A DNA stretch of 64,000 bases from Limnothrix sp. BL-A-16 (lineage in GTDB: Bacteria; Cyanobacteriota; Cyanobacteriia; CACIAM-69d): assembly GCA_041937175.2 (NCBI GenBank), contig CP166615.1, positions 4,128,001 through 4,192,000 of the forward strand. The letters are read 5' to 3'. The notes under the pieces were generated by a model that searched no databases, was not told the DNA's origin, and saw nothing but the letters and a program-made list of their open reading frames with translations. Positions 49,502 through 60,537 of the stretch are shown here, one piece after another. The position numbers and the translations under genes are program-made. Position 1 is the first letter of the stretch. The number at the start of each line of letters is the position of its first letter.

Positions 49502-49665
49502 TTAGGGGTTAGCCAAGGGTTGCGCTGGTAGTTACGCAAAGGGTTGCGCGAATCATTGAGCTAATTCGGGGGAACCGCCAGCGGCGCGATCGCTAGCCAT
49601 TGGGCCCCGATCGCCCTAGGCTGAATGTGCTGTTTTCCACGCAGGCATCGCCGCCACCTCCTCGC

Positions 49666-51114
49666 ATGACCCCTTGGGACACGATCGGGCAAACCCTCAC
49701 CCTCTCTGGAGTCGCCTTAACCCAGTGGCGACAAACAAGCTGGCTGGGTCGTTGGATTGGGGCCCTCAGCGCCTGGCGACAAAGTAGCTGGCTGCTCCAT
49801 TGGGGCGAAACCCTGCTGGCCCTGTTGGCGGCCGCGGTTTTTGGCTTGGCTCCCTTTGCCGAAACGGATTTGCTAGGGCTGTTGCTGTTGGCGGCCGGTG
49901 CTTTTTGGGTGTTGCTAACGGTGACCGATCGCCCTGTTGCCGCTGCGGAAGCTGGCGATCAGCCTGGATTGTTCACCCCCATTCACCTGTTGGTGTTGCT
50001 TTATGGGGCGATCGCCACCGTGGCCGTGGCCTTTTCGCCTGTCCAGGCTGCTGCCTTCGTGGGTTGGACCAAGTTGGTTTTGTATCTGGTCTTCTTCTGT
50101 GTTCTGGCTCGGGTCACCCGGTTGGAACGGGGCCGCGCCATCATCACCACCGTCTACCTGCTGGCCGCCTTAGCCACCAGCGTCTATGGTCTGCGGCAAT
50201 GGATCTTTGGAGCCGATGCCCTGGCCACCTGGGTTGATCCAGAATCACCCCTTAGCAAAACCACCCGAGTCTATAGCTATTTGGGCAATCCCAACCTGCT
50301 AGCCGGTTACCTAGAGGCCTCGGTTCCCCTGAGTGTGGCGGCGATCTTGGCCTGGAAAGGCTGGATCCAAAAAATCTTAGGCGTGGTGCTGTTGGGGCTG
50401 AATGGAACCTGTCTGGTGCTCACCTTCAGCCGAGGGGGGTGGATTGGGCTGGTGGTGGAGTTGGCGGTGCTGGGAATTTTGCTGCTCTATTGGTGGTCTG
50501 TGCGGTTCACTCCCTTTTGGCGACGGTGGGCGATGCCGGCCCTGTTGGGCGGTGGCACAACCCTGATGGTGTTGGCGGTGGCGGCGTTGGAACCCCTGCG
50601 CGATCGGGTCTTCAGCATCTTTGCGGGCCGGGGCGACAGCAGCAACAACTTCCGCATTAACGTTTGGCAAGCGGTTTTGCAGATGATCCAAGACCGCCCT
50701 TGGTTAGGCATTGGCCCCGGTAATGTGGCCTTTAACCGTGTCTATCCGCGTTACCAAAAGCCGAAATTCAGCGCCCTCAGTGCCTATTCCGTGGTTTTGG
50801 AAGTGTTGGTGGAAACGGGTGTGATTGGGTTCACCTGCTTTGTTTGGCTGTTGGGCATGACGGTTTATCAGGGGGGACGGGCCCTGAATCGACTGCGAAA
50901 ACTGCAAGCCAGCCAGGGCTATTGGTTGCTGGCGGCCTTGGCCACCATGGCTGGTATGTTGGCCCATGGTTTGGTGGATACGGTTTGGTATCGCCCCCAG
51001 GTCAGCACCCTATTCTGGTTGATGTTGGCCCTGGTGGCTGGGTTCTATCAACCACCGACCATTGCTTCAGCGGCAACCCCCGATCGCCCAAACTTGGCTA
51101 GCGAAGAGAGTTAA
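49666..51114 (+). CDS. ictB: IctB family protein (O-antigen-ligase-like, putative inorganic carbon transport)
   Basis: RVYSYLGNPNLLAGY, LTFSRGGW, DSSNNFRINVW and DTVWYRPQV motifs. Confidence 0.92.
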   Translation: MTPWDTIGQTLTLSGVALTQWRQTSWLGRWIGALSAWRQSSWLLHWGETLLALLAAAVFGLAPFAETDLLGLLLLAAGAFWVLLTVTDRPVAAAEAGDQPGLFTPIHLLVLLYGAIATVAVAFSPVQAAAFVGWTKLVLYLVFFCVLARVTRLERGRAIITTVYLLAALATSVYGLRQWIFGADALATWVDPESPLSKTTRVYSYLGNPNLLAGYLEASVPLSVAAILAWKGWIQKILGVVLLGLNGTCLVLTFSRGGWIGLVVELAVLGILLLYWWSVRFTPFWRRWAMPALLGGGTTLMVLAVAALEPLRDRVFSIFAGRGDSSNNFRINVWQAVLQMIQDRPWLGIGPGNVAFNRVYPRYQKPKFSALSAYSVVLEVLVETGVIGFTCFVWLLGMTVYQGGRALNRLRKLQASQGYWLLAALATMAGMLAHGLVDTVWYRPQVSTLFWLMLALVAGFYQPPTIASAATPDRPNLASEES

Positions 51115-51344
51115 TCTCATCCGCCCGTTCCTGATTGATGAACCCCAATTAGTTGATGAATCCCAATTAACTGAATCTCTTCAACCACACTCAATCGTTC
51201 AACCGTTAGTCAAGTAAACCGCTAGTCAAGCGCTGGAGAATTTTGAAGCCAGCGGGGGCAGATTGCTGGTTTGGGAAACCCGATCGAGCCGATCGGAGTC
51301 GAATCCCGCAGTGGCCTGTTGATGAATTCGGTTAACGGATAGTT

Positions 51345-52754
51345 ATGACCCTTGAATCGCTCGATCGCCGTTCGCGCATTGCCGTTGCTTCCAATGAGGC
51401 GAATGATGTGCGGTTTTTGTCCTCCACGGGCCAGGGATTCGATGGGGTCGTGGGCTATGGCACGGGGGGCCAAGTAGACTGCACCGGTTCGCTGCTGTTG
51501 TCGGGTCAGCATGTGGTGACGGCGGCCCATTGCGTGAGCGATCGCCTGGTGAGCGACAGTAGCTATCAGGTGTATTTCGATCTGCCGGAGGGGCGACAGT
51601 CGGTGCGGGTGCGACAAATTTTTGTCCATCCCAACTGGGACAATTTCGATCCGGATTCCAACAACGATGTGGCGATCCTATGGCTCGATTCCCGCGCTCC
51701 CGATGGGGCCGATCGCTACGATATTTACCGCAGTGGCGATGAAGTAGGGCAGGTGGCGACCCTGGTGGGCTATGGTCAGCCGGGCACAGGCAGTGTTGGG
51801 GAGCTGGTCGGTGATTTTCCCGCCATTCGCCGGTTAGGAACCAACCGCATTGATGGGCTAGGGGATGTTTTAAACCGCCGGTCGAATGTGGCCGTGCTGC
51901 CTGGAACTCAGTTGATCTATGACTTTGACAATGGCACCGATCGCAATGATGGCCTAGGGCGTGATTTTGGCCTGCTCGATCGGGGCACGGGCAGCACTGA
52001 AGTGGGATCCAGCAGTGGCGACTCCGGGGGGCCCTTGTTTCTGGGCAACCGCGTGGCCGGGGTGGTGTCCTATGGCGCTGTGCCCCGGGCCACGGGAGCC
52101 GATGTGACCGGTGCAAACGACACCAGCTACGGCGAAATTTTTGCGGCGACCCGGCTTTCGACCTTTTCCAGTTGGATTGACAGCACGATCGCTCGCACCC
52201 TTTCCGGCAGTGATCTGTTGGTCGGGACCAATCGCCCCGACACCCTTTCCGGCAACCAAGGCAACGACACCCTGGCGGGTCGCGACGGGAATGATTTTCT
52301 CTCCGGCGGCCGCGATGACGATCGCCTCGAAGGCGGTGATGGTGATGATGATCTGTATGGGAACCTGGGCAATGACCTGCTCTTTGGGGAAGCGGGCAAC
52401 GACAGCCTCTTTGGTGGCCAAGGCGATGACACCCTGATCGGCGGCGATGGGAATGATTGGCTGAGTGGCGATCGGGGAGTGGACTTGCTGACGGGTGGAG
52501 CCGGAGTCGATCGCTTCATTCTCAATCCCACCACCGCCGACAGTAACCCTGCCCTAGCCGACATCATCACCGACTTCAGCGCGGAAGATGTGATTAGTCT
52601 CGCGGGAGGCTTAACGGCCAGTGCGATCGCTTTGGAAGTGGGCAATCTGCGCAACACGTCAGGGACATTTATTCGTGGCGCGGGTGTTGTGTTGGGATTT
52701 GTCAACAACACCGATCCCAGTCAGTTAGCCGGCCGTTTTGAGGCGATCGGGTAA
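51345..52754 (+). CDS. Trypsin-like serine protease with RTX calcium-binding repeats
   Basis: Catalytic triad TAAHC / NDVAIL / GDSGGP and several GGxGxDxL nonapeptides. Confidence 0.88.
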   Translation: MTLESLDRRSRIAVASNEANDVRFLSSTGQGFDGVVGYGTGGQVDCTGSLLLSGQHVVTAAHCVSDRLVSDSSYQVYFDLPEGRQSVRVRQIFVHPNWDNFDPDSNNDVAILWLDSRAPDGADRYDIYRSGDEVGQVATLVGYGQPGTGSVGELVGDFPAIRRLGTNRIDGLGDVLNRRSNVAVLPGTQLIYDFDNGTDRNDGLGRDFGLLDRGTGSTEVGSSSGDSGGPLFLGNRVAGVVSYGAVPRATGADVTGANDTSYGEIFAATRLSTFSSWIDSTIARTLSGSDLLVGTNRPDTLSGNQGNDTLAGRDGNDFLSGGRDDDRLEGGDGDDDLYGNLGNDLLFGEAGNDSLFGGQGDDTLIGGDGNDWLSGDRGVDLLTGGAGVDRFILNPTTADSNPALADIITDFSAEDVISLAGGLTASAIALEVGNLRNTSGTFIRGAGVVLGFVNNTDPSQLAGRFEAIG

Positions 52755-52815
52755 CGTCGCCTGCTAGAACGGAGGGCAGCACCCGCTTGCTTGGCCGTTC
52801 TCGAGGAACTACCCC

Positions 52816-53673
52816 ATGTCGTTTCCATCCCAGGATTACCAAATTGCCGTCATGGCTCACGAGGAGCTGTCGATCGCGATCGATTGGGCAAGGGCAGAGG
52901 GGTGGAATCCTGGGCTACATGACGCGGACTGTTTCTATGCAGCAGATCCCCAGGGATTTCTGGTGGGCAAGCTGGATCACCAACCGATCGCGACCATTTC
53001 CGCTGTCAAATACGGCCATTCCTTTGGCTTCATTGGGTTTTACATTGTCCACCCAGACGCTCGGCATCAAGGCTATGGCATCCAAATTTGGCAGCGTGCC
53101 ATAGAGATCTTGGAAGGCCGAACGATCGGCTTAGATGGCGTGGTTGCCCAACAAGAGAATTACCAAAAATCAGGATTTACCTTTGCCCATCGCAATATCC
53201 GCTTTGCGGGCATCAGCGATCGGGCCGATCAACTCCACCCCGATCTTGTGCCTTTATCCGTCATCCCCTTTGAGCAATTGAAACAGTGCGATCGTCGCTT
53301 TTTTCCTGAGCAACGCGAGCAATTTTTACGCGCTTGGATTGATCAGCCTCACGCTCAGTCCATGGGAATTCTGGAGGGCGATCGGCTCTGTGCCTATGGC
53401 GTGATTCGTGCGTGCCACACCGGCTACAAAATCGGCCCACTCAATGCTGAAACCCCAGACCTCGCCGATGCACTGATCCAAGCCTTGATGAGCACCATTC
53501 CATTGGGATCAACCTTCCATTTAGATGTACCTGAACCTAATACTCCGGCGATCGCCCTAGCTGAAATGTATGGGATGCAGCCAGCTTTTGAAACTGCGCG
53601 CATGTACCGAGGGCGCTCACCGGAGCTGCCTTTAGGTCAAATATTTGGAATTACCAGCTTCGAGCTGGGGTGA
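52816..53673 (+). CDS. GNAT acetyltransferase (YitH-like, two-domain)
   Basis: EGWNPG, RHQGYG acetyl-CoA motif, KIGPL.A and FETARMY motifs. Confidence 0.88.
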   Translation: MSFPSQDYQIAVMAHEELSIAIDWARAEGWNPGLHDADCFYAADPQGFLVGKLDHQPIATISAVKYGHSFGFIGFYIVHPDARHQGYGIQIWQRAIEILEGRTIGLDGVVAQQENYQKSGFTFAHRNIRFAGISDRADQLHPDLVPLSVIPFEQLKQCDRRFFPEQREQFLRAWIDQPHAQSMGILEGDRLCAYGVIRACHTGYKIGPLNAETPDLADALIQALMSTIPLGSTFHLDVPEPNTPAIALAEMYGMQPAFETARMYRGRSPELPLGQIFGITSFELG

Positions 53674-54007
53674 TGATGGTCATTATAGATAGTTTGATCA
53701 AAGTTGCCAGGTGTTCGTTAGATCCCTAGATTTTGCAGTTAAAACGCTAAGAAAGTTAAAATCGTAAAATCTATTGACATTCTCAATTGAGAGTCTAATG
53801 GATCTTCAGCATTGAAGATCCGTGTGCAACTTCCTGACTCGCTAACCCTAGAATTGTTACTAATCTTGACTCAAATTGCTACCAAAAAGTAATTGAGACC
53901 TCCAGAATTATATAAAATAATAAAATATGCAAATGATCCCTCTATCTTAGGAATATTTGTATCTTATTAAACCAGCACTTACGGATAATATACGGAGATA
54001 TCAAAAA

Positions 54008-57000
54008 ATGTTGGAAAAAAATCAAAATCCTTCCTCATCTATTTCTGTGCCTTTCTCTGATCGTTTTTCTGTTTTTCTGAATTCTCAACTATCGGATTAT
54101 CAATTCACTGAAGAAATTTATCAAGGTTCTCGAACTGCTGTTTATCGCGGAATTCAATTGTCGTCACAACAGCCCGTTGTGATTAAAATTCTGCAATCAA
54201 CCTATCCCAGTTTTGAAGAATTATTGCAGTTCCGGAATCAATACACGATTACCCAAGCCTTGGACATGCCAGGGATTGTCCGCTCCTATGCCTTAGAAGC
54301 TTATGGTAATAGCTATGCATTAATTATGGAGGACTTTGGAGGAATTTCCCTTCGTGAATATGTCAAAGGTCAATCACTGTCCTTGTGCGAAGTCCTGTCC
54401 ACTGCCCTCCAACTATCCGTTATTTTGGATTACTTGCATCAACAAAAAGTCATTCACAAAGATATTAAGCCCGCAAATATTTTGATTCACCCCTCTTCGG
54501 GGCAAATTAAATTAACTGACTTTAGTATTGCTTCCCTCTTGCCCCGTGAAGCTCAATATCTTCAGAGTCCAACCAGCTTGGAAGGCACGTTGGCTTATCT
54601 GGCTCCTGAACAAACGGGGCGGATGAATCGCGGCATTGACTACCGCAGTGATTTTTATGCCTTGGGTGTGAGCTTATATGAGCTACTGACGGGACAACTG
54701 CCATTTCCCACGACCGACCCAATGGAACTGCTGCATTGCCACTTGGCAAAACAGCCGATCGCCCCTTCAGCACTGAATTCAGAAATTCCACCCGTGATTT
54801 CTGCAATTGTGCTGAAATTGATGGCTAAAAATGCCGAAGATCGCTACCAAAGTGCTCGCGGGCTGGGGCATGATTTGCAAGCCTGTTTAGATCAACTGCA
54901 AGCACAAAATGCGATTGCTGATTTTGATCTGGGTACAAGGGATCTCAGTGATTATTTCTTAATTCCTGAAAAGCTCTACGGCCGTGAGCTGGAAGTGCAA
55001 ACCCTGCTCAATGCGTTTGAGCGAGTTCAGCAGGGATCAACGGAGTTGATGTTGGTTGCAGGGTTTTCCGGCATTGGTAAAACAGCCGTTATCAATGAAA
55101 TTCATAAACCGGTTACACGTCAAAAGGGATACTTCATTAAAGGGAAATTTGATCAATTTAATCGAAATATTCCGCTGTCAGCATTTGTGCAGGCTTTTCA
55201 AAGCCTGACTGGTCAATTGCTCTCGGAATCTGATCAGCAACTACAAAACTGGAAATCAAAAATTCTGGAAGCGTTGGGCAGCCAAGCACAGGTTTTGCTG
55301 GAAGTTATTCCAGGGCTAGAGCACATTATCGGCTCACAACCCCCTGCGCCGGAACTGTCGGGAACGGCTGCTCAAAACCGCTTTAACTTACTATTTCAGA
55401 AGTTCATCCAAGTTTTCACAACTGCTGAACATCCCCTCGTTATTTTTCTAGATGACCTGCAATGGGCAGATCCAGCCTCCTTGCAATTACTGAAAGTCTT
55501 GATGAAAGACCAAGGATATTTATTGATGTTGGGGGCCTACCGAGATAACGAAGTTTCAGTAGCTCATCCCTTAGTTCTGACCCTTCAAGAATTGGAGCAA
55601 TCTCAAGCAACGGCTAATACAATTACACTTGGTCCACTGACGACCCAGCATCTGAACCAGTTGATTGCAGATACCTTCCATTGTTTGCCAGAGTTGGCAT
55701 TGCCATTAACTAAGCTGGTTCATCAAAAAACCCAGGGTAATCCTTTTTTTACAACGCAATTTTTGAGAACGCTTCATGAAGAGGGTCATATTACCTTTAA
55801 TGCCAGTTACTGTCATTGGGAATGTGATCTAACACAAATTAATATCCTGGCTCTGGCGGATGATGTGGTGGAGTTTATGGCAGTGCGACTGCAAAAACTA
55901 CCGATTTCAACCCAGCAAGGCTTAAAGTTGGCGGCCTGTGTTGGCAACCAATTTGACTTAGAAACATTGGCAGTGATTGCAGAGCAGTCCTTGGTGGAAG
56001 CAGCCGCTGCGCTTTGGCGAGCGCTTCAGGAAGGGATGATTGTGCCAGTGAATCAAGCTTATAAGCTTTTTCAAGCAGAGGTCACTGCTCAGGGCGATCG
56101 CACCTATGACTTGAATCCAACCTATCGATTTCTGCACGATCGAATTCAGCAAGCTGCCTATTCATTAATTTCGGAGATGGAGCGACCTGCTCTTCATTAT
56201 CGAATTGGCCGGCTCTTAGTCCAGCACTTTACCCAAAATGATCAGGAAGATCGAATTTTTGAGATTGTTAATCATCTCAATTTGGGTCGTGACCTAATTA
56301 CGAATAATCTTGATCGGCGTGAGCTAGTTTGTCTCAATTTACAGGCAGGTCGCAAAGCAATTGTATCGGCAGCTTATAGGGCCGCTTTAGACTATTTGAA
56401 TCAGGGCATTAATTTGTTGCCAGAAGATGCTTGGCAACAAGATTATGATCTGACTCTTGATTTACATCAACAACGCTTAGAAGCAGCCTACTTCAACACA
56501 GAGTTTGAGCAGCTAAAAACGTGGGGTAAAGTGATTTTGCGGCACAGCGCCTCAGTGTTGGATCAAATTAAAGTCTATGAAACCCAAATGTTGGTTTTGC
56601 AGGCGCAGAGCGAGTTTGCGCAAGTGATTGATTTAGGGTTGCAGGTTTTGCGACAACTGGGGATTGAATTTCCCTTGCAGCCAACACCCGCAGAAATTGA
56701 TGCAGCTTACGAGCGATCGCGCCAGTCCTGGGAAGCTCAAGAGCCGTTGGGTTTGCTGGATTTGCCACCGATGGAAGATCCAAAACTCTTAGCCGCCATG
56801 CAGATTTTGACAAATTTGTCGCACTCCGCATGTATGGCAGCTCCGGCTCTATTGCCGCTACTAATTTTTAAACAAATTGACCTTTCAATTCATCATGGAA
56901 ACTGTGCGGTTTCCGTGGTTTCCTATGCAGATTATGGAATGGTTCTTTGCGGAATCATGAATGATATTCCCGCAGGATATCAATTTGCGCAGCTTTCGCT

Positions 57001-59482
57001 GGCACTTCTGGAAAAATTGCAAGCTAATGCGTTTAAAAGTCGAGTTTATTTGGTTGTGAATACCTTTGCTCGTCACTGGTGCGAGCCTCTGCAAGAGGTG
57101 ACTCCAGCTTTGCTGGAGGGTTGCCGAAGTGGCTTGGAAAGTGGCGATTGGGAATGTGTGGCTCTGAATTTATTTACCTACGCTAATCACCAATATTGGA
57201 GTGGGCGAGAACTCCTGGGCTTGGCTGAGGAACTGCTGACCCATGAAACTGTAATTGCACAAGTTAAGCAGCAAGCAGCTTTACGGGCCCATCAGTCTTA
57301 TTTACAAGCGGTGTTGAATCTGCTTGGCAGATCGACTGTTCCCTATCGGTTACAGGGAGATGTTTTTGATCTGGAGCAATTGGCTCCCTCTCTCAAGACT
57401 GGGAACGATCGAGCTTCTCTGTTTAGTGGATATCTGCATCAAATCTTCCTTTACTACCTATTTGAAAAATATGACGAAGCAACAGAGTTGATTCCAATGG
57501 TTCAAGAGTATGAGGATGCGGGAATTGGCTTCTTTTTGATGTCAACTTGGGTGCTTTACCAAGCGTTGATTCAAATTCAACGGTATCCTTCGGCAACACC
57601 CTCCGAACAGGTGACGATTCGGGAATTGGTGCAAGTGGCCCAAGATCACCTCCATCAATGGGCAGTTTATGCACCCGAGAACCAAGCTCATCGTTGGCAA
57701 TTAGTGGCGGCGGAAGTTAATCGGGTTTTGGGTCAAAGAACTGAGGCGATCGAGGCCTATGACTGTGCGATCGCGGATGCTAAAAAAAGTGGTTTTTCCC
57801 ATGAAGAGGCACTTGCCAATGAGCTAGCAGCAAAGTTCTACCTCCAGTGGGGTAAAGAGAAGGTGGCAGCCGGTTACATGCAAGAGGCCTATTATGGCTA
57901 TGCCCGTTGGGGGGCTAAGGCAAAAACTGAAGATTTGGAGCGACGCTATCCGCAGTTGTTGAGTCCAATTTTGCGCGCACCCGTACCAGCTTTTAATCCT
58001 TTAGAAACGCTGGCAGCGGCCACGATTCCGCAGGCGCTTCGAACCTCCGCCCATTACACTTCTCCAGGCCATGGGAGTGGCACGCCCAGTTCTTCCACGT
58101 CTGGTGTGAATGAAATGTTGGATTTGGCGGCGGTGATTCGCACCTCTCAGACCTTGGCGAGCACGATTCAATTGGATGACCTGCTGCGGCAACTGACGCA
58201 AATTGTTTTGCAGTGTTCTGGCGGTGATCGCTGTGCCTTGGTGGCTGCTGGGGGTGAAGGTAGGTGGCTGGTGCGGGCGATCGCGCGGCCAGAATCCGTG
58301 GAAGTTTGCACAGAACCTTTGGAAACCTGCACGGTTTTGCCGGTGCAGTTAGTGCAGTACGTTAAAAATACTGAAACAATGGTGATGATTGATCAGGGCC
58401 AAACCAGCCTGCCGATCACAGATCAATATTTGCTTCAGGAAGCACCTAAAAGTGTGTTGTGCTTGCCGATTTTGAGCCAATCGCAGTTGGTGGCAATTTT
58501 ATATTTAGAAAATAGTGCGGTGGCGAATGTTTTTACGAACGATCGCCTCTTGGTCTTGAATTTTCTCTGCGCTCAGGCTGCGATTTCCCTTGAAAATTCA
58601 CGACTGTATCAGCAAGCCCAGACCTATGCCCATCAGCTTGAGCAGTCTCAGTTGCAGGTGGTGCAAAGTGAAAAGATGGCCTCACTAGGGAATTTGGTTG
58701 CTGGTGTGGCCCACGAAATTAATAACCCGATCGGCTTCCTCAATGGCAGTATTCAAAATCTTCAGGATTCTATCCAAGATTTGATGGGCCATCTGGGGCT
58801 TTACCAGCAATATTATCCCAACCCTGAACCGGCAATTGAAAGCCATGCGAACGCGATCGAACTGGACTTTTTGAATGAAGATTTACCAACGCTTTTGCAG
58901 TCTATGCAGTTGGCAACCGATCGCATCAAAGGAATTAGTAACAGCTTGCGAACTTTCTCGAGGGCAGATACCCAATATAAAATTCAGGCTAATCTTCACG
59001 AAGGGATTGATAGCACACTGCTGATTCTGAAGTATCGATTGAAAGCCAATGAATATCGCCCGGCAATTCAAGTCATTCAAGACTATGGAGATGTGCCCCC
59101 GATCGATTGTTTTCCAGGGCAACTGAATCAGGTGTTTATGAATTTGCTGGCCAATGCGATCGATATGTTTGATGAGTTGACCCAGGGATCATCCTTTGAG
59201 CATTGGGTTGCCCATCCCCAGCAAATTACAATCTGCACCAGGGTTGTGGATCAACAGGTGCAAATTGCCATTCGGGACAATGGCAAGGGCATGAGCGAAG
59301 CGGTGCGATCGAATATTTTTGACCACGCCTTCACGACGAAGGCCGTGGGCAAGGGCACTGGCTTGGGATTAGCGATCGCCCGCCAAATTGTGGTGGATAA
59401 ACACGGAGGGAGTTTGGAGGTGCGATCGGAAATTGGCCAAGGCGCAGAGTTTCTGATCCGCTTGCCGATTCATGGGGATTAG
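54008..59482 (+). CDS. HstK-type hybrid kinase: Ser/Thr kinase, AAA ATPase, TPR-like region, GAF and histidine kinase
   Basis: IHKDIKPAN, APEQTGRMNR, GFSGIGKT, FLDDLQW, LYLEN GAF, AHEINNP H-box and GTGLGL motifs. Confidence 0.93.
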   Translation: MLEKNQNPSSSISVPFSDRFSVFLNSQLSDYQFTEEIYQGSRTAVYRGIQLSSQQPVVIKILQSTYPSFEELLQFRNQYTITQALDMPGIVRSYALEAYGNSYALIMEDFGGISLREYVKGQSLSLCEVLSTALQLSVILDYLHQQKVIHKDIKPANILIHPSSGQIKLTDFSIASLLPREAQYLQSPTSLEGTLAYLAPEQTGRMNRGIDYRSDFYALGVSLYELLTGQLPFPTTDPMELLHCHLAKQPIAPSALNSEIPPVISAIVLKLMAKNAEDRYQSARGLGHDLQACLDQLQAQNAIADFDLGTRDLSDYFLIPEKLYGRELEVQTLLNAFERVQQGSTELMLVAGFSGIGKTAVINEIHKPVTRQKGYFIKGKFDQFNRNIPLSAFVQAFQSLTGQLLSESDQQLQNWKSKILEALGSQAQVLLEVIPGLEHIIGSQPPAPELSGTAAQNRFNLLFQKFIQVFTTAEHPLVIFLDDLQWADPASLQLLKVLMKDQGYLLMLGAYRDNEVSVAHPLVLTLQELEQSQATANTITLGPLTTQHLNQLIADTFHCLPELALPLTKLVHQKTQGNPFFTTQFLRTLHEEGHITFNASYCHWECDLTQINILALADDVVEFMAVRLQKLPISTQQGLKLAACVGNQFDLETLAVIAEQSLVEAAAALWRALQEGMIVPVNQAYKLFQAEVTAQGDRTYDLNPTYRFLHDRIQQAAYSLISEMERPALHYRIGRLLVQHFTQNDQEDRIFEIVNHLNLGRDLITNNLDRRELVCLNLQAGRKAIVSAAYRAALDYLNQGINLLPEDAWQQDYDLTLDLHQQRLEAAYFNTEFEQLKTWGKVILRHSASVLDQIKVYETQMLVLQAQSEFAQVIDLGLQVLRQLGIEFPLQPTPAEIDAAYERSRQSWEAQEPLGLLDLPPMEDPKLLAAMQILTNLSHSACMAAPALLPLLIFKQIDLSIHHGNCAVSVVSYADYGMVLCGIMNDIPAGYQFAQLSLALLEKLQANAFKSRVYLVVNTFARHWCEPLQEVTPALLEGCRSGLESGDWECVALNLFTYANHQYWSGRELLGLAEELLTHETVIAQVKQQAALRAHQSYLQAVLNLLGRSTVPYRLQGDVFDLEQLAPSLKTGNDRASLFSGYLHQIFLYYLFEKYDEATELIPMVQEYEDAGIGFFLMSTWVLYQALIQIQRYPSATPSEQVTIRELVQVAQDHLHQWAVYAPENQAHRWQLVAAEVNRVLGQRTEAIEAYDCAIADAKKSGFSHEEALANELAAKFYLQWGKEKVAAGYMQEAYYGYARWGAKAKTEDLERRYPQLLSPILRAPVPAFNPLETLAAATIPQALRTSAHYTSPGHGSGTPSSSTSGVNEMLDLAAVIRTSQTLASTIQLDDLLRQLTQIVLQCSGGDRCALVAAGGEGRWLVRAIARPESVEVCTEPLETCTVLPVQLVQYVKNTETMVMIDQGQTSLPITDQYLLQEAPKSVLCLPILSQSQLVAILYLENSAVANVFTNDRLLVLNFLCAQAAISLENSRLYQQAQTYAHQLEQSQLQVVQSEKMASLGNLVAGVAHEINNPIGFLNGSIQNLQDSIQDLMGHLGLYQQYYPNPEPAIESHANAIELDFLNEDLPTLLQSMQLATDRIKGISNSLRTFSRADTQYKIQANLHEGIDSTLLILKYRLKANEYRPAIQVIQDYGDVPPIDCFPGQLNQVFMNLLANAIDMFDELTQGSSFEHWVAHPQQITICTRVVDQQVQIAIRDNGKGMSEAVRSNIFDHAFTTKAVGKGTGLGLAIARQIVVDKHGGSLEVRSEIGQGAEFLIRLPIHGD

Positions 59483-59514
59483 GCTGCGGGTCGGTGTCGG
59501 TTGCGCTGAGATGA

Positions 59515-60537
59515 TCAACGGCCCCAGCGGACGATGACAGCCCCCCAGGACAAACCGGCCCCAAATCCGGCGAGCGCGAGGGTTTGGCCAGGATGAATTC
59601 GGCCGTCCCGTACTGCTTCATCAAGGGCGATCGGGATCGAGGCGGCGGAGGTGTTGCCGTAGCGCTCCAAATTGCTGATGGTTTTTTCGTGGGGTAAACC
59701 AAGACGATCGGCCACCGCATCGATGATTCGTTGATTTGCTTGGTGCAACAGCAGCCAATCTACCTGCTCAATCGACCGCTCCGCCCGATGCAAGGCCTTC
59801 TCGATCGCCTCGGGAACCCGCTTAACGGCAAAACGATAGACTTCCTGACCGTTCATGGTGATCGGCTGAAAATTGCCTTGGCCCACCACAGTTCCGTTTT
59901 TCAGGGGCTGCTCGATCGTTTCCCCCGCCAGGTTCAGCACATGGTTCATGGATCCATCGCTACGTAGCTCGAACCCCAGCAAGGCATCGCTGGCGGTAGG
60001 GTGCTCCTGTAGGTCGATCGCCTGCAACACTACAGCCCCAGCCCCATCGCCAAACAGAATGCAAGTGCCCCGATCGCTCCAATTCACCCAACGAGAGAGC
60101 ACATCGGCCCCAATCAGCAGCACATTGCGATAGACACCCGATCGCAAAAACTGAGCCGCCGTCACCAAGCCAAACGCGAACCCCGAGCAAGCCGCCGTCA
60201 AATCCATGGCCACCGCGTGGCTCGCCCCGATCGCCCCTTGGATGGCCCCAGCACTCCCGAACAAATCATCGGGCGTGGAGGTAGCCAGCAGAATCAAATC
60301 TAAATCAGCCGCCTGGAGATCCGCCATCGCCAACGCCCGCTGAGCAGCCTTTGCGGCCAGCGGCGTGAGGGATTCCTGCGGTTGCGCCAAACGCCGTTGA
60401 CGGATTCCCGTCCGCGTGGCAATCCACTCGTCGGAGGTTTCAACCAACTGCTCTAGGGCAAGGTTGTCTAAAATTCCATCCGGCAAAGCTGAACCGCTGC
60501 CAATGAGGGCGATTCCAAAGGGCGATCGCGTTTGCAT
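59515..60537 (-). CDS. fabH: Beta-ketoacyl-ACP synthase III
   Basis: AACSGF, LFGDGAGA, HQAN and GNTSAASIP motifs. Confidence 0.96.
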   Translation of the reverse strand: MQTRSPFGIALIGSGSALPDGILDNLALEQLVETSDEWIATRTGIRQRRLAQPQESLTPLAAKAAQRALAMADLQAADLDLILLATSTPDDLFGSAGAIQGAIGASHAVAMDLTAACSGFAFGLVTAAQFLRSGVYRNVLLIGADVLSRWVNWSDRGTCILFGDGAGAVVLQAIDLQEHPTASDALLGFELRSDGSMNHVLNLAGETIEQPLKNGTVVGQGNFQPITMNGQEVYRFAVKRVPEAIEKALHRAERSIEQVDWLLLHQANQRIIDAVADRLGLPHEKTISNLERYGNTSAASIPIALDEAVRDGRIHPGQTLALAGFGAGLSWGAVIVRWGR

